The notes under the pieces: model-generated
The model's database searches: none
Told to the model about the DNA's origin: nothing
Seen by the model: only the letters and a program-made list of their open reading frames with translations
Position numbers and translations under genes: made by a program
Shown here: positions 39,527-52,580 of the stretch, in pieces
Layout: every line of letters starts with the position of its first letter
How positions within the stretch are numbered: position 1 is the first letter of the stretch
Assembly (NCBI GenBank): GCA_973895155.1
Contig: OZ316893.1
Span: 19,658,857-19,722,856, forward strand
Length of the DNA stretch: 64,000 bases
Reading direction: 5' to 3'
Source of the DNA: Marsupella aquatica
Taxonomy: Eukaryota; Plantae; Marchantiophyta

Positions 39527-39741
39527 TGTGGTGTTGGCGCGACTGATCAATCGAGAAGAAGCGGAGCAGAAGGCAGAGGCGTAGGGTTAGGGGGGTGGGG
39601 GGGAGGAGGTTTGTAAAGAGCATCAAAAGGCAGGGAGGGGAGTTTTGCAATAGTAGTAATCGAGGAGAAGAAAGACGAGACGAGGAGTTTGGCATCAGCG
39701 GCGATTTCGGGAGTGGTGGTGGCCAAGCTGTGATTACAATC

Positions 39742-41699
39742 ATGTCGACTCCTTCGAGGAAACGACTGATGCGGGACTTCAAGCGTCTGCAGCAGGATCC
39801 ACCGGCAGGAATCAGTGGAGCGCCTCAAGACAACAATATTATGCTGTGGAATGCGGTCATCTTTGGGTAGGTCTAGCCACGGCTGCTTTGCTTGATTGAT
39901 TGATGGATGGATTGGTGGAAGTGTATTTTGAGTGGCAGCGGAGGGAGGTCTCTGAATTGGTACTGAGTTCCTATATGTCGACGATCTCGTTGCGTTGCTC
40001 TTGTGCCCTGTCTGCGAAGTTTCTCAGTACGGCGTCTGGAGGCGGACTTACCGGATATGACTCCTCTCGATCTTTTCATGGATTGGCATGACTCGTCTAT
40101 TTTGCCTTACCCGCTGATCGGAGTATTGGCTGTATGTCTCGCAATTCCATGGCTAATTGTATGTGGTCTGGGCTTTTCAGTATAGAGCCTTTGGCGACCT
40201 TCTCGGTTGTTGTTTCCTTACTAGCGCGTATAAAGTGGCTTGGTTATCCTTCCTCTAGACGGGGCTTAGATTGGCAACAAAGACTTTGGACCCAAATTCG
40301 ACTAGGGCACGGGTTGAGTGGTTTCATCTTATGTAGGGTTGTCGTGATAATGCGCTTCTTTTGTCTTCTGTTGCAAAACTTCGTGATGAACCGCGTAAAT
40401 GGTTCCTGCAAAGGTTTTCTAATTGACGTGTATACGTGTTTGCTTTTGGGTGCAGGCCAGATGATACTCCTTGGGATGGAGGTTAGTCGGGATACCTTTC
40501 TGAATTCTGCAGTTGACTAGAAGCTTTGTGGGTGACCTCGTGCTGTTCGCTCTGTGGCTTTTTGTCTTCGCCCTTGTCTTGCACCAAATTATAAGTCAGG
40601 ACGTCATAAGATTATAGTCATTTCAAGAGAAGGAAATGACCATTGACAGAGAGCTGGAACCCTAGCGTTTTGCTATCCATAACTTGTCTGTGCTGCGTCT
40701 CACAGGTACCTTCAAGCTGACACTTCAGTTTACGGAGGATTACCCCAACAAACCTCCAACTGTTCGTTTTGTTTCGAAAATGTTTCATCCGAACAGTAAG
40801 TATACTTCCAACATTTCCGGTTTCTAAGTTTAGTTCCATTGTTGATGGTTCCAAATTGGTTTGAGGGAGGATTGATTGTTCGTCTCCTCGCTCCGGCCAC
40901 ATTTTTCCGAGGTATGGAGGCTTCCATTGATGCAATGTGTGGACACGCTGTGGATACGAAGTGGCAAGGTTTTTCTTGTGGATGATAGCCGGCGGTCCTT
41001 AGTCCTTTACCTTGAACAGTAGTCAGCATTTGTATGCATTTCTTGTTCTCTAAAACTGTGCGAGCAAAGGAGTATTGAGAGTTTTTTAAAGGTTACTTTG
41101 TGATCTGGATGACTTGAATTTTTTTGCCTTGAAACTTTTTCACCTAGGCTTCTTGGTGCTTTTGATGCAGTTTATGCCGATGGCAGTATTTGCCTTGATA
41201 TTCTCCAAAATCAATGGAGTCCGATTTATGATGTTGCAGCCATCCTCACTTCAATTCAGGTATGTTGAAGGGTAGTCATTTTGTTTTACTGTAAGGTGAC
41301 CTGTCCTGTTGTAAGTAGGTGGAGTTTCTTTTGTCTGTTTTGTTCGGAAAGTTCGTCGCTGAAAAACAGTAATTAATCGTTCATTCTTACTGCAAATTTT
41401 ATATGTTTTGTTATGAGTGTGGGTGGAATGGATCCTATCTGTTGATCAGCCTTCACGCGACGACCTTCTTGGGACAGTGGGCGTGCTTGCTGACCATTGT
41501 GCTTGAGTTCCAAAGTTGTAGAAGATCGTGTGATTGGTTCTCATTCGCATTATGCCTCGCTCTCTTGCAGTCATTGCTGTGTGATCCCAACCCCAACTCC
41601 CCAGCAAACTCTGAAGCTGCTCGAATGTATAGTGAAAACCGTCGAGAGTACAATCGCAGAGTTCGAGAAATTGTGGAACAGAGTTGGACAGCCGAGTGA
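39742..41699 (+). CDS. UBC2: Ubiquitin-conjugating enzyme E2, RAD6 type (UBC1/UBC2), 152 aa; 5 exons
   Basis: Exons 39742-39866, 40456-40481, 40706-40795, 41171-41259, 41571-41699 (459 nt). Reads [27 protein letters not shown], active-site [30 protein letters not shown]. Confidence 0.97.
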
Positions 41700-43951
41700 C
41701 CAACGTTTGGAAGACTCTGTCACCTGAATTGGTTATGTAGCTTTGAAGATTTGAGGACCTAGCCAGTCTTTTGATGGAATGGAGTCCAATGTTGTGAGCT
41801 TCAACACTGGGGTGGGACCAATCTACTCAAACTGGCAGTAATGAATGGTCTTATGGGTTATGACGTGTACAATTCTAGTCATCCATTCTACAGGAAAGTC
41901 TTTTGGTCTATCCCTACGATCAAGCAAGGAGTCGTCTTGGCCTTGCAAGGTATCCTTGTAGCTGTGATGATCAGTAATCTGTAGTTTGCAGCGGGATCCT
42001 GGGCCGGAACCGGGTTAAGTATAATGGCCGGCTCTGTCGGCCCCTGTAACATTCTGTACCAAACATAAAGTTTTACATGCGGCCGTGCCAATGATTCACT
42101 TCAAATCTTATCACCTGGACTTTCATGAGAGTTCATGAATCCTCAAGTCATTCTCTAATACGATAATGATGTGGACCCTGGTGTTTTTTACCATCTGCCT
42201 GTGCCTGATTATATATATCTTGAATCTGTGTGTACGCAGAAATTTTCGCAATTACATAATCGTTGTCGTTACTGTCGAATGTTTTGTGGGCAGTGAGCAA
42301 TGCCCTCAGTATATGGCATTCTCGGCTGTATGTGTAAACAGTCAGCAACATATGGATTTTGTGGGTAATTGGTTGCATTAGATGATACTCTGCAAGGCTG
42401 ACAGTGACAGCGGAGCTTGGTCCATGATGTTTACTCGTATCGATGTCGCTTGTATCGATTCTTTCCCATCGGTGGTGGAAGAAAGAATTTGTAACAGCGC
42501 AGAGAAAGGGAGGACAGAAATGAATTTGATTCATGACGAATAAGCATAAAATCGATTGATAAAATCAACAAAAGAAATAGCTTCAGCATGGGTAAAATTT
42601 CGTCTTATTCTTTGTTTCGGAAACTGTGGGGACAAAGCCAACAAAACTAGGTATCCAATTAAGTCTCCCATTTCCACTCTGCAAAGTCTACCAAATGTTC
42701 GACGTGGAAGAGTTGCTGATAGCCCCATTTCTGGGTTCTGCTCAAGTTTACCTAGCCAAGAGAAACTCTCACCAGAGCTTTCAAGTGAGAGCTTGAACAA
42801 TTTCATTCGCAGGCCTGCCCTATTAGGTTGTCTTCACAGCTTCTACAATAACAACACCTCTTCTGCACTTTATGAACGAGTCAAAAAATTCTTTGATGCA
42901 GATAGGCTTATGAACGAGTCAAAAAATTCTTTGATGCAGATAGGGTCGAGAGTGACACAATTGAGTACTTACTTTCACGGGTTCACACTTCTTTTGCAGT
43001 GCAATCTCAAGAAGGCTGTGTAGGAGTGGTCGAACAAACCCCCCTTTAATCTTGGGCACACAAATCTTCCTCAACTAATTCTAGAATATCCCCACATTAT
43101 AAATACCCCCGCAGATACTCTGTCGGAATCTGGCAGAGAAATTATCTACTGCAAACGTCGCCAGTAGCCAATCACACGAATTGGAAGTCGGCCTGCATTG
43201 CATTGGAGTAGATACAGCCATGTAAGGTAGCGTCAGACGATGGACGATGGACGATACCCAAGAGATCCAGCAGGGGATCCACATCAAGAGGGAAAGAGGC
43301 TTGAATCAGGATTCAGAATCAGAATTGAGGTGAATTCGAGTCAAACTTTCTTTGTCTACTATAGATTTGGTCTACAGCATTCGAGTGAAGAAAAACAAAA
43401 AGTATTCCCCTCAATTCTCTGGTGAACTTTCCTTGTAGGTAGCAGATGCTTTGTGTACAGCATTCTTTTGTCCCAAGGTTGCATTACTTGTCTTTAGTCC
43501 TAAGTTTTTTGTACATATTAGGGAGTCTCAAAGTTTGAAAGTTGCTGATGAAGGCTTAGCCATAAACAAATGGCCACAGCAATTTCACAGGGTTTATGTA
43601 AAAAGTTTTGTGGGGTTTTTTTTTTAAATAACCCCACAGCGACTTGTGGTCATGGCACCAATCTTTAAGGCAAAAAGTTAAAGACTATGAATTTGGCTAC
43701 TCTATATCTTTTTCTGTCCGTACTTAACTACTACGTTAAAGTCCATCAAAATCTTGAGGTTCTAGATTCTCTAGTAAGTAAAACTGGGCATCATGTGCAT
43801 TGTGGCCATAATGACCCAAAAAATGAGAGCTTAAGTTTGAGTTTTGAGGGGTTATTATTGTCCATAGTACCATTTATAAGTAGTGCCATTCATGTCTTTG
43901 TAGTTTTTTTATGTACAACAATGCCTCTACCAGATTTGGATCAACTAAGAA

Positions 43952-43984
43952 CCTAAGAGATATTTTGCACAAATATCTCTTAGG
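43952..43984. repeat. Perfect hairpin, 14-bp stem and 5-nt loop
   Basis: CCTAAGAGATATTT-TGCAC-AAATATCTCTTAGG. Confidence 0.85.
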
Positions 43985-46554
43985 CTTTTTTAAGTGTATT
44001 AAGGTTCTATTACTAGATTGTTATCTATAAAGCATGGAAAATCACAAAGATAAATAGGGCATTAACCACAGTAATTGCCTGGTAACAAGCCATTGGGGGA
44101 CATAAAGCCTCAAAAAATGAGTGTTTCAGCCCAAGTTTCGAGGGGCTATTGTTGCTCATAATGCCCTCAGAAAGTACCTCAATATACTCAATGCTAAGAG
44201 ATTTTTATTTTAGTAAAAGTAAGGAGAAGTTTCATAATGCCAACATCCAAACCTGGACTTTGCATTCTTCACTATATGTAAAGCACCAAATTTAAGCTCG
44301 AAGTGCATTAAAAGAAAAGGTTAGATGGGCTAGGACCTAACCAGGAGATTTTTTTAATCTTAGTAAAGGTAAGGAAAAGTTCGTAATGCCACCAACCAGA
44401 TAGAAAAGGGAAGGGGAAAAAAAGAGTCTATATGGGCTAGGAGCTACTGTACTACAGTACTGCCGTGGTCCCTCTACATAAACATGCCTTTAAAAAAGCC
44501 CTCGAATGACGTGAAAATCTTATCCCTTCTGAAACCGCCATGGTTCCTCGTATGACAGCTCTACTGTCAGCATCGCGAAGTACCGTACTACCGGACCAAC
44601 ACTCCGTGCCAGGATCTTGCAGTACCGTACCTGACGGGCAGGCCCGGATTGGAGGAGTGGTCCGGCCAGCCTCGTTCGCATGGCCCCCATCAACCAGCCA
44701 GCATAGTAGACCTCTTTCTAGAAAAAGTTTGTTTAATCAACCTCCTACATACTTTTCCCCAATCTGGATCGTTGAGAGATCTTTTGATCTCAGATCAGGA
44801 TTGTTGATAGACCTCAGGGGTCTATCAAGTAACAAGTTTCATTTTGGGGGTCTATCAAGCAAATACCTCCACTTGGGATTGGGGGTCTCTTTTCTCAGCT
44901 ACCACATTATTTTTCCATTCAAACCCCATTTTAATTAATTAACAAGGCTGTGACCATAATAGGCAACAATATGGTGTAGGGTAACCTATGGTCCTAAGGG
45001 GATTATGGGATGTGATTTTGAAGGGTTTATCAGACGTACTCTCGAATTTGGGATCACCAAAATAAAAAGGCGTCCTAGCAAAGGGCGGCAAGCCTGAGGG
45101 GGTTACAATCATGGCCCTTGACCATGATGGTGTAATAAGCGTAAGCTTCAAGTGTAAATTTATCTAGTTCTGATCTAAAAATTTCTGATGTAAAATACTC
45201 TAGGCAGGTAGCCAACCCCAAGCCAGGTTTGCAGGCTGGGGGTAATGACTTGTAACCATCCATAGAGATACCAAGAAAAAGGTACATAAGGTGTTTATGG
45301 TGTTATAATATATTTTGGGGCCATCGTTTATAACAAGGTTTCACGCAATACTATCTAGGACCTTTTTCGGGCCCCTTCACTTAATTGAGCTGAACTTCAG
45401 CCAATATTAGGAACATCTCCAGTCTCTTTTGTCCGCTACCACATTTTTTGTTGTTGGAAACTCATTCTTATAAGAACAACATCAACAGAGCTCGTTTTGC
45501 TGCCAATACAGTACTTCTCTCAGTGGAAGAACCTTGACACACGAACAAAGGGAAGCGTCCATACACCCATCCCATACACCCATCCATGTCCCCGAAGCAG
45601 AAAACTCCAGGCCGATGGACATTCTCGTTGTTTGAGTCCAACTAAAGAGGAAGATCATAAGACTACCCACTCAGCACAATCTTCTTTGCGCCGGAACCAA
45701 CCTAGCACCGACCGACAATTCACAGTACTTCTGAGCTTCAAAACAACCGGGACACAGAAAATTTGCATTCTACAAAACTACTCTCTATCTTACTAATAAG
45801 TTGCAAAGAGAGCTAAAGTTGGAGTCATCATTTCTATTAACATTCAAAGAATGAGCATTCATGCTATTATGAATAATAGACGCAAGCTCAATGGTTAGTG
45901 TACTATTTAATTCCTTAGTTGTTAGATCTTGGACAACCCAATAATTAATCAAGTATACAGTCTCTCAAATTCACTTCCTGTTACACAACCCAGTAAATGG
46001 AAAAGTGTTCCAACAGCCCGCTGGTGGTGAATTTTTGGCCCAGCCTTAGTGGAGCTGGTCATTGTATCATCCCAATAGACCAACCCCTTTTCCATACAAG
46101 ATGCCCTAACCTGTAATACACAGTAGTACAGACCAGGAGTGCCTAAAGAGGACTCAGGCATTCATTATTCCTTTTCATGAGCCTCTCATTGGTTTTATGC
46201 AGCTTTACCAGACTTCACTTCTCTACTCTAAGCGGTGCACTATTGACTGTGACACACACTTCTTCACTTTACACCCAATATACACATTGCTGGACTATCT
46301 TTAGAAGGACAATTCACTTCTGATATGGATGCCACAAGTAGTTTTTCCAGGTGTCGTGACCAACAGTAAAATACTAGTTTTCAGCAAACTTGTGCATTTT
46401 TTGGACAACTTTTGGATCTCTGTTTTAGCTCAAAATTTTCTAGCATGTTCCCTGATGTCCAATCTATTACCTGACAAAGTTTCATTTTTTTCTGAAACCA
46501 TTTGCTCAATTGTTGATGAGTGCGAAGAAGGTCAAATATTATAAACTAACCACC

Positions 46555-46835
46555 AACGGATGCTTCACTTTTGTGAAAACGCACTCAGTACTTGGGCATG
46601 AGCACCAACTTACCGCTTTGGGAAAGGACACTTCACTTTTGTGAAGAACTCCCTAAATAATTTGCATGAGCTGCGATGTACCACTGCCCGAATGGTCAGG
46701 AGCCTATTTACAGGTCACATATGAGTTAAAACTGTAAAGAGTGCTAAATGAGAAAATTCTGATGTTCTGAGTCAGTCCATCCCACCTTTGGAAAATCCAT
46801 GGTGGCTTTACAAACCCCTTGGTCCATCCAGGCTT
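46555..46835. mobile_element. Dispersed repeat family A, copy 3
   Basis: Collinear with 695-972 and ends at the same GGTCCATCCAGG. Confidence 0.65.
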
Positions 46836-48764
46836 TACTTTCTGAAAATCTAGCCAATTTTTGCCACATAAAGAATTGTAGTGTTATGATCTATTTATGA
46901 GCAAAGTTAGACTATTCAGGCTAGTTCTATCTTAATAGGGTGCCCTATGTATTTTATTCAAGTACACACTCTCTTTTAAGGAAGAGAGTAGCAAAGGTAG
47001 ACTGGCATGAGGCTATTTCATCTTTCTTTGAGTAGCTTTCTTCCACCCATTCAACAGTTTGAAGAAGAGCCCCTTTTCGTTGGATTCCTCTTGACAGCAT
47101 ATTTTACTATGCAATAATCGACCACCACACTACTCATCCATTCCTTCCCACGTGTATCACATTTTGAATGTATATAGGGGCACACCTGATACCATTGTGA
47201 TCGTTTTCCTTTTTCAACTTTAGAACTAAAACAAACTTTGTGCAAGTATCTACAGATACGAGAGAAAGATTTGGTGGGACCCTGGCCCCCAAACTTTACT
47301 TCAAGAGTCGGCCCAATTTTATATGGACTCTAATTGGACCAGATCCTTTGTTTTTTTGGTGTTGGTTCCTTTGATGTTGTGAGGGACCTCTTGGATTGTT
47401 GGACCTCATGGAACCAAAACAAAGTCAAGTTGAGCCACAGGTGTCACTATTCATCAGCCCGGCCCTGTTCATTTTCTTGGGTGAATAGTAGACCTAGTAT
47501 GCTAGATTTCCACCAACTTCTCATCATATAGGACCCTCTTAGCATTAACATGTTTTAAATGATTTCTTAAAAGAAATATGAACTTTTTTGAGCTGCTTTT
47601 CGATGTAGATCTCATTGAGGCTACATTTTGAGCCGTATATTTCCTCCTTTTGGTGAACTAACTAAAGCAGAAACCCAAATATTCCCAATATTGTTATACA
47701 TAAATTCCAACGGTCACACCAACTTCTCCCTCAGGTGTTATATGGGTGATGGTAAATGGTACATAAGGAAGCTCCTAACCATGGTTAGGTTAGGACTTAA
47801 CTATGGTATCTTAACAACTATAAGATTATATTTGTTTGTACACACTATTGAATTACGGTTAGCAAGGAGGTAACTTGTGGTTTAGGAGTTGTGCACAAGA
47901 ACTGAACCGACGGTAGCCCCATAAGGGGCCTCTAAGTCCATTGACATATGGGGAACTCATCCAGAACTCATTCAGTGCAGTTTTGGCTCAAAGGTTCCAT
48001 TCAGCCGTTTACTTGTACTCACTTATAGATAAAAGTATGTCCCATTGGTGCTAGAGTTAAGGTCAATAAGGGTTCATGAATACAATTAAGACTTGCAATT
48101 CAAGAAAAGAAGGGGAATTATTTGAGGAGGGTTTAGAAGAAGGGTTTCATTAGCCAGTCTTTCACCACGTCACACTGCCAATTAGGGTGGGTTTACAAGA
48201 TGTTGGGCCCGTTGCTTTTTTTCGTTCTTTCTTAGATTATTTTGGACTGTGTAATGATTGAAAACGGATACAGTTTGCTTTGCAAGAACTCAATGGCACT
48301 TTCAGGTGTCTACCTATCTTACAAGGCAAACAGTAGGCCAAAGCAAATGCTACTGTGGAGTGCTTGTTTTGTCTAGGATTTTAGATCAGCTCCAAAGGTG
48401 GTTTGAACTCTTGAATTACTTAAACTTGGCTCCTTCAATCAAGGGATTTATATTTATTGAACTTCATTTTAAAGATCTAGGTCTGGAGTCTATCCTTAGG
48501 ACAGAAATTGGCCCTCCAGTTTGCTTTAGTGAAAAAAGGTCACAAGTGCACCTACTTCTTATAAAGCCATCATTGCCACAATCTGATGGCTCTCCTTCAG
48601 TCCAGGGACATCATGTGCTCCCTCACAAGAGTGATGGTGAATGGAAAACCCATTGGGTCCCACTCTTAGATGTTACCTGTCTGCCCGTTTCCATGTTGGT
48701 GATAAGAGCTTTAGGGTTTAAAGTGATCTCAAATTTTCTGAAGTGTCAAATCTTTTGTGTGCTA

Positions 48765-49110
48765 AGGGCTTTGGGGTGAACCCCACTTTGGGATGGGGGT
48801 TTGTGCAGAAACTGGTTTACATTTGAAACGTGAACACCAGAGCCTCCAGTTTGTCACAATAAAGACTCCTACCACTGAACCATGCTTGATGGGAAGGCTA
48901 ATGTCAAACAATTAATAGTGCCTGGGCAGTTTTCAATTATGTGCACCATTAAACTGGGGGAGCCAATAAGCAGCAGTGAGTGAGTTTCTCAAGGAGTTAG
49001 TCCATAATAGATAACCTTGCAAATGGGCAATTAATAATATGACCTTGCATACTATCTCATTAGTCATTCCAACTCTAAATCCTAATCCCTAACTCTAAAT
49101 ATGTGTGCCA
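48765..49110. mobile_element. Dispersed repeat family B, copy 2
   Basis: Collinear with 37830-38270. Confidence 0.65.
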
Positions 49111-49159
49111 TAAACAAAATTCAGTGCGAATAACAATATTGAGGCTCATTAATTGCACG

Positions 49160-49890
49160 CTCCCTGCCCACGGCCATCCCCGTTGGCTGCCCGCCAAAAA
49201 TGTGAACGTTATTTTTTTCTAAGTGTCAAAGTTGATGAATGAACCCCACTTGGGTGGGTTTTGTTACAAAAGAGACTTGTGCCAGGCAGGAATCAAAATT
49301 TTGTCCTGTTGGGCCCAAGTCTGCTTGAATACACTCAGACAGCGTCTGCTACACAGATGGTGAGACTCTTTTTTTGTAATTATATAAGTTCTACAGTCGG
49401 GCAATGGCCGCAGGCAGCGGACAGCCATATCACAAGTAGTATCGATTTCGACATTAATATGCATAGATATTGTCAATCGATGTGAATTAAACAAATATAC
49501 CCTCATGCCTTCAGTACTGTGCTTTCATTTATTGTGCTCCATACACAACCATAACCAGCAACCACATTAAGCACGAAAGACAATCTCAAGGACAATTAAT
49601 GCTAATCAAAGAATGCAGATTAGCATTAACTGCCCTGTAAGTGCTGCCGGCTGCCCAGACTACAGGAAATGTTTTTTAAGTTCAATATTTGGCACGAGCA
49701 TTTGTTGCCATGAACTGGCCAGAGACTGAGTGGTAGCTGTGCTCAGTGGGGCCGAGAGATCCTGGGTTTGAATCCTGCCTTGGCCCATTCTCCTTTCACC
49801 ATTCACCCCCACCCAAAAGTCGGGTTCATTCATGCTCTTTAAAACTCAAAAAAAAATGTAAAGGGCTGGGCAGCAGGTGTGGGCAGCTAT
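49160..49890. mobile_element. Foldback/MITE-like element with long imperfect TIRs
   Basis: ATGAATGAACCCCACTTGGGTGGG (~49235) and CCCACCCAAAAGTCGGGTTCATTCAT (~49808-49833) are inverted copies, extended by T7/A-run and CTGCCC/GGGCAG matches. Internal 12-bp hairpin TTAATGCTAATC/GATTAGCATTAA. Confidence 0.5.
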
Positions 49891-51424
49891 GAATGCTGCA
49901 CATTGTAAGGAGGAGAAATTCCATCAACAGATGTTCACTTTGTTGATTGCGGATGTGAGTAGGCAAGACCCAAAAAAATTAGGTGTTTATTCAATAATCC
50001 TGGTGACATTCACTTTCTGGTCACAGGCTACAAGCTAATAAACCTATCCCATAAGTAGCTAAATACTTAGGGCTAATCAATGTGAATTGGTATTGAGATT
50101 GCCTTATCAAACCGTGCCTCTCCTATACATTGAATGCAAAGAAGTCAATATTCAATTTATGAAGTCAATATTCAATTTATGGTCACAAGCTACTGTTGTA
50201 AACGCGTCCCATAGTGCAGTCATCCTATAGATTGAATGGATTCACCATGAAACTCAATCTCGATGCTCATTAAGAGCCTCCGTACACAGCTACTGGCATA
50301 AGCGATTGGGCAAGTTCAAGTTTTTTCGAAGTGTCAATAGGGCATGAATGAATCCCACTTTTGGGGTGGGGTGAATGACTAAAGCTGCTGGCTCCGACAG
50401 GATTCAAGCTTGAGACCTCCCCAACACCAATGAGCTCCTCTACCATGCAGCCTTTGGGCAGCTTGTGACCAGATGGATTGTGCCCACACTGATAACCGGA
50501 TTGATTATCACTGCTAACTGGATTGATTAGCTCAGTATTGCTTTTTGTCCTTAATTTGAATGGGACCAATGAGAATAAATAAATGAGTTTCACATCATCA
50601 ATGTTAGACTAGACAATGAAGCAGGCATGACTGAGTGGTAGCTCACTAGAATAGGTATTTATAAGTCTTGGGTTCAAATGTGGTAGGTTCACTAGAGTAC
50701 TTCTGGGAAGTCTTGATCCCTAGGTTTGTCAAAATGCTTTGATATATTTTACAACTCAGATGGACCTCATTTTACTCACAATGTCACAGTGAATATTACT
50801 AATTAGTCCATCCCAATTGTATCCTGTCCATGGGAGCATCATTTTCATAATTCCTGTCAGGAAGCAAGGTTACCAGTGTGTAACTTTTTCTACTAGGTGC
50901 CACCATTTCTATAATACTCTGCCTAGAAAATGTCCCCGATAATCTTTTTTCCGGACAGGTATTGCGTATGATAATGACAGCTTGGGCTGGGGTTACTGTC
51001 TAAAACCTGTTCCCACAAAGCTCAGAAAAACTTCCTTGCTGCCGCGGCTCAATATTTCTTCATTTTCTGGTCACAAGGTTATAGACCAAACTTTCGTTAC
51101 CCTATAGATACCCTCTACATACATAGACTAGACAAGGTTCACTTAAAAAAAACTTTTTAAAACATGACCCGTCTCTCGGTATCCTAGCACGTACTTCCCG
51201 CAAAAATGGGACCCGCGTCTTCTCCATCCCGCCTTCCTTTGGGGCAGACGCTTGGGGAGTGGGGGCAGACGCTTGGGGAGTGGGGGCAGACGCTGGCTGG
51301 CCCACGCTGTTCCCTCCCTCATCATTATCATGGTGTCTCGCGTCACGACGAGGGGGCCGCGTCAACAAGCTCCTGCCCAGCTTCCGGTATAATCATGCTC
51401 CTTGTTCCTGCTGGCTGCCATTAC

Positions 51425-52295
51425 GCAGCTCTCTCTCTCCCTCTCTCTCTCGCGTTCCCCCTCTGTGTCTCTGTCTGTCTCTCGGTCGCTTTGGAAAGCG
51501 AAGCGTAATTGCGGAAAGGCAGGAATTAGGAGGGGATCTCGGATTTTGGATGTGCACAGAGAGTGAAGTTGCGGCGAAGTCGAGTTTAGTGGGAGCATCT
51601 GCGCTTCTTTCTGCTCTCTATCATTCTATCATTCTATCAGCTCTCTCGCTTTCTGTCTCTGTGTCTGTCTCTGTCTCCGGAAAGCGAAGAGGAATTGCGG
51701 AAAGGCAGGAATGAGGAGGAGATCTCGGATTTTGGATGTGCGCGAAAGTGAAGTTGCGGCGAAGTCGAGTTTAGTGGAGCATCTGCACCTCTCTCTGCTT
51801 TCTATCATTCTATTCAGCTCTCTCTAGCTCTCTCTCTCTCTGTCGCTCGGTCTCTTTGGAAAGTGAAGCGGAATTGCGGAATTGCAGGAATTAGTAGGGG
51901 ATCTCGGATTTTCGATGTGTACGAGAGTGTATTGCGGCGGAAGAGTTAAGTAGAACATCGGCACTTCTCTCTGCTCTCTACCATTCTATCAGCTCTCTCT
52001 TTCTCTGTCTCTCGGTCTCGTTGGAAAGCGAAGCGGGATTGCGGAAAGGCAGGAATTACGCTCGGATCTCACATTTTGGATGTGACAAGTCACGAGCACG
52101 AAGCTGTATTGCGGCGAGAGAGTTAAGTGGATCATCGGCATTTCTCTTTGCTCTGTATCATTCTATAGCGCTCTCTTCCTCTCTCTCTGTCTCTCTAGAA
52201 AGAGAAACGGAATTACGGAAAGGCAGGAATCGGATGTGACAAGTCACGAGCACGAGTTTGTATTGCGGCGAAGTAGAGTCCAAGTGGATCCTCGG
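51425..52295 (+). repeat. Tandem array of a ~165-186 bp CT-rich promoter/5'UTR-like unit (~5 copies) upstream of the RCC1 gene
   Basis: GAAAG(C)GAAGCG..ATTGCGGAAAGGCAGGAAT anchors at ~51494, 51680, 51859, 52024 and 52198, each preceded by CT-rich tracts. Confidence 0.9.
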
Positions 52296-52580
52296 CGTTT
52301 CTCTCGATCGGAGGGACGGACGGGCGGACTGACTGACTGGTAAGCACTTCGTGTTTTGCGGGAATCCTTCTCAGGCAATTCGAAGCAATTCCCCTAACTG
52401 TGTCTGTCTCGACTCCGTCGGTGTCCCGTTTTTTCCTTTGAAAACTGGACGACGATCCACGATTGGTGTCCTTTTTCCATTTTACAGTTGTACAGAGTCC
52501 GTGTATGTTTGAAGCTCGCGCGATTGCTTGCTGTTGCTGTGCAGTACTGGTTGTTCGAGCTACCACCACTCGAGACTAAA

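Noticed and set aside
12159-41699. Functional proteostasis gene cluster (PLAA, ClpP5, RAD6)
   Set aside because: The proteins act in different compartments and pathways; adjacency of common housekeeping genes is expected by chance.
42556-43023. 155-aa ORF downstream of UBC
   Set aside because: Non-ATG start, contains a tandem duplication, no recognisable homology or splice pattern.
48258-48779. 173-aa ORF as a transposase
   Set aside because: No DDE, RT or other motif recognised; non-ATG start in repeat-derived DNA.
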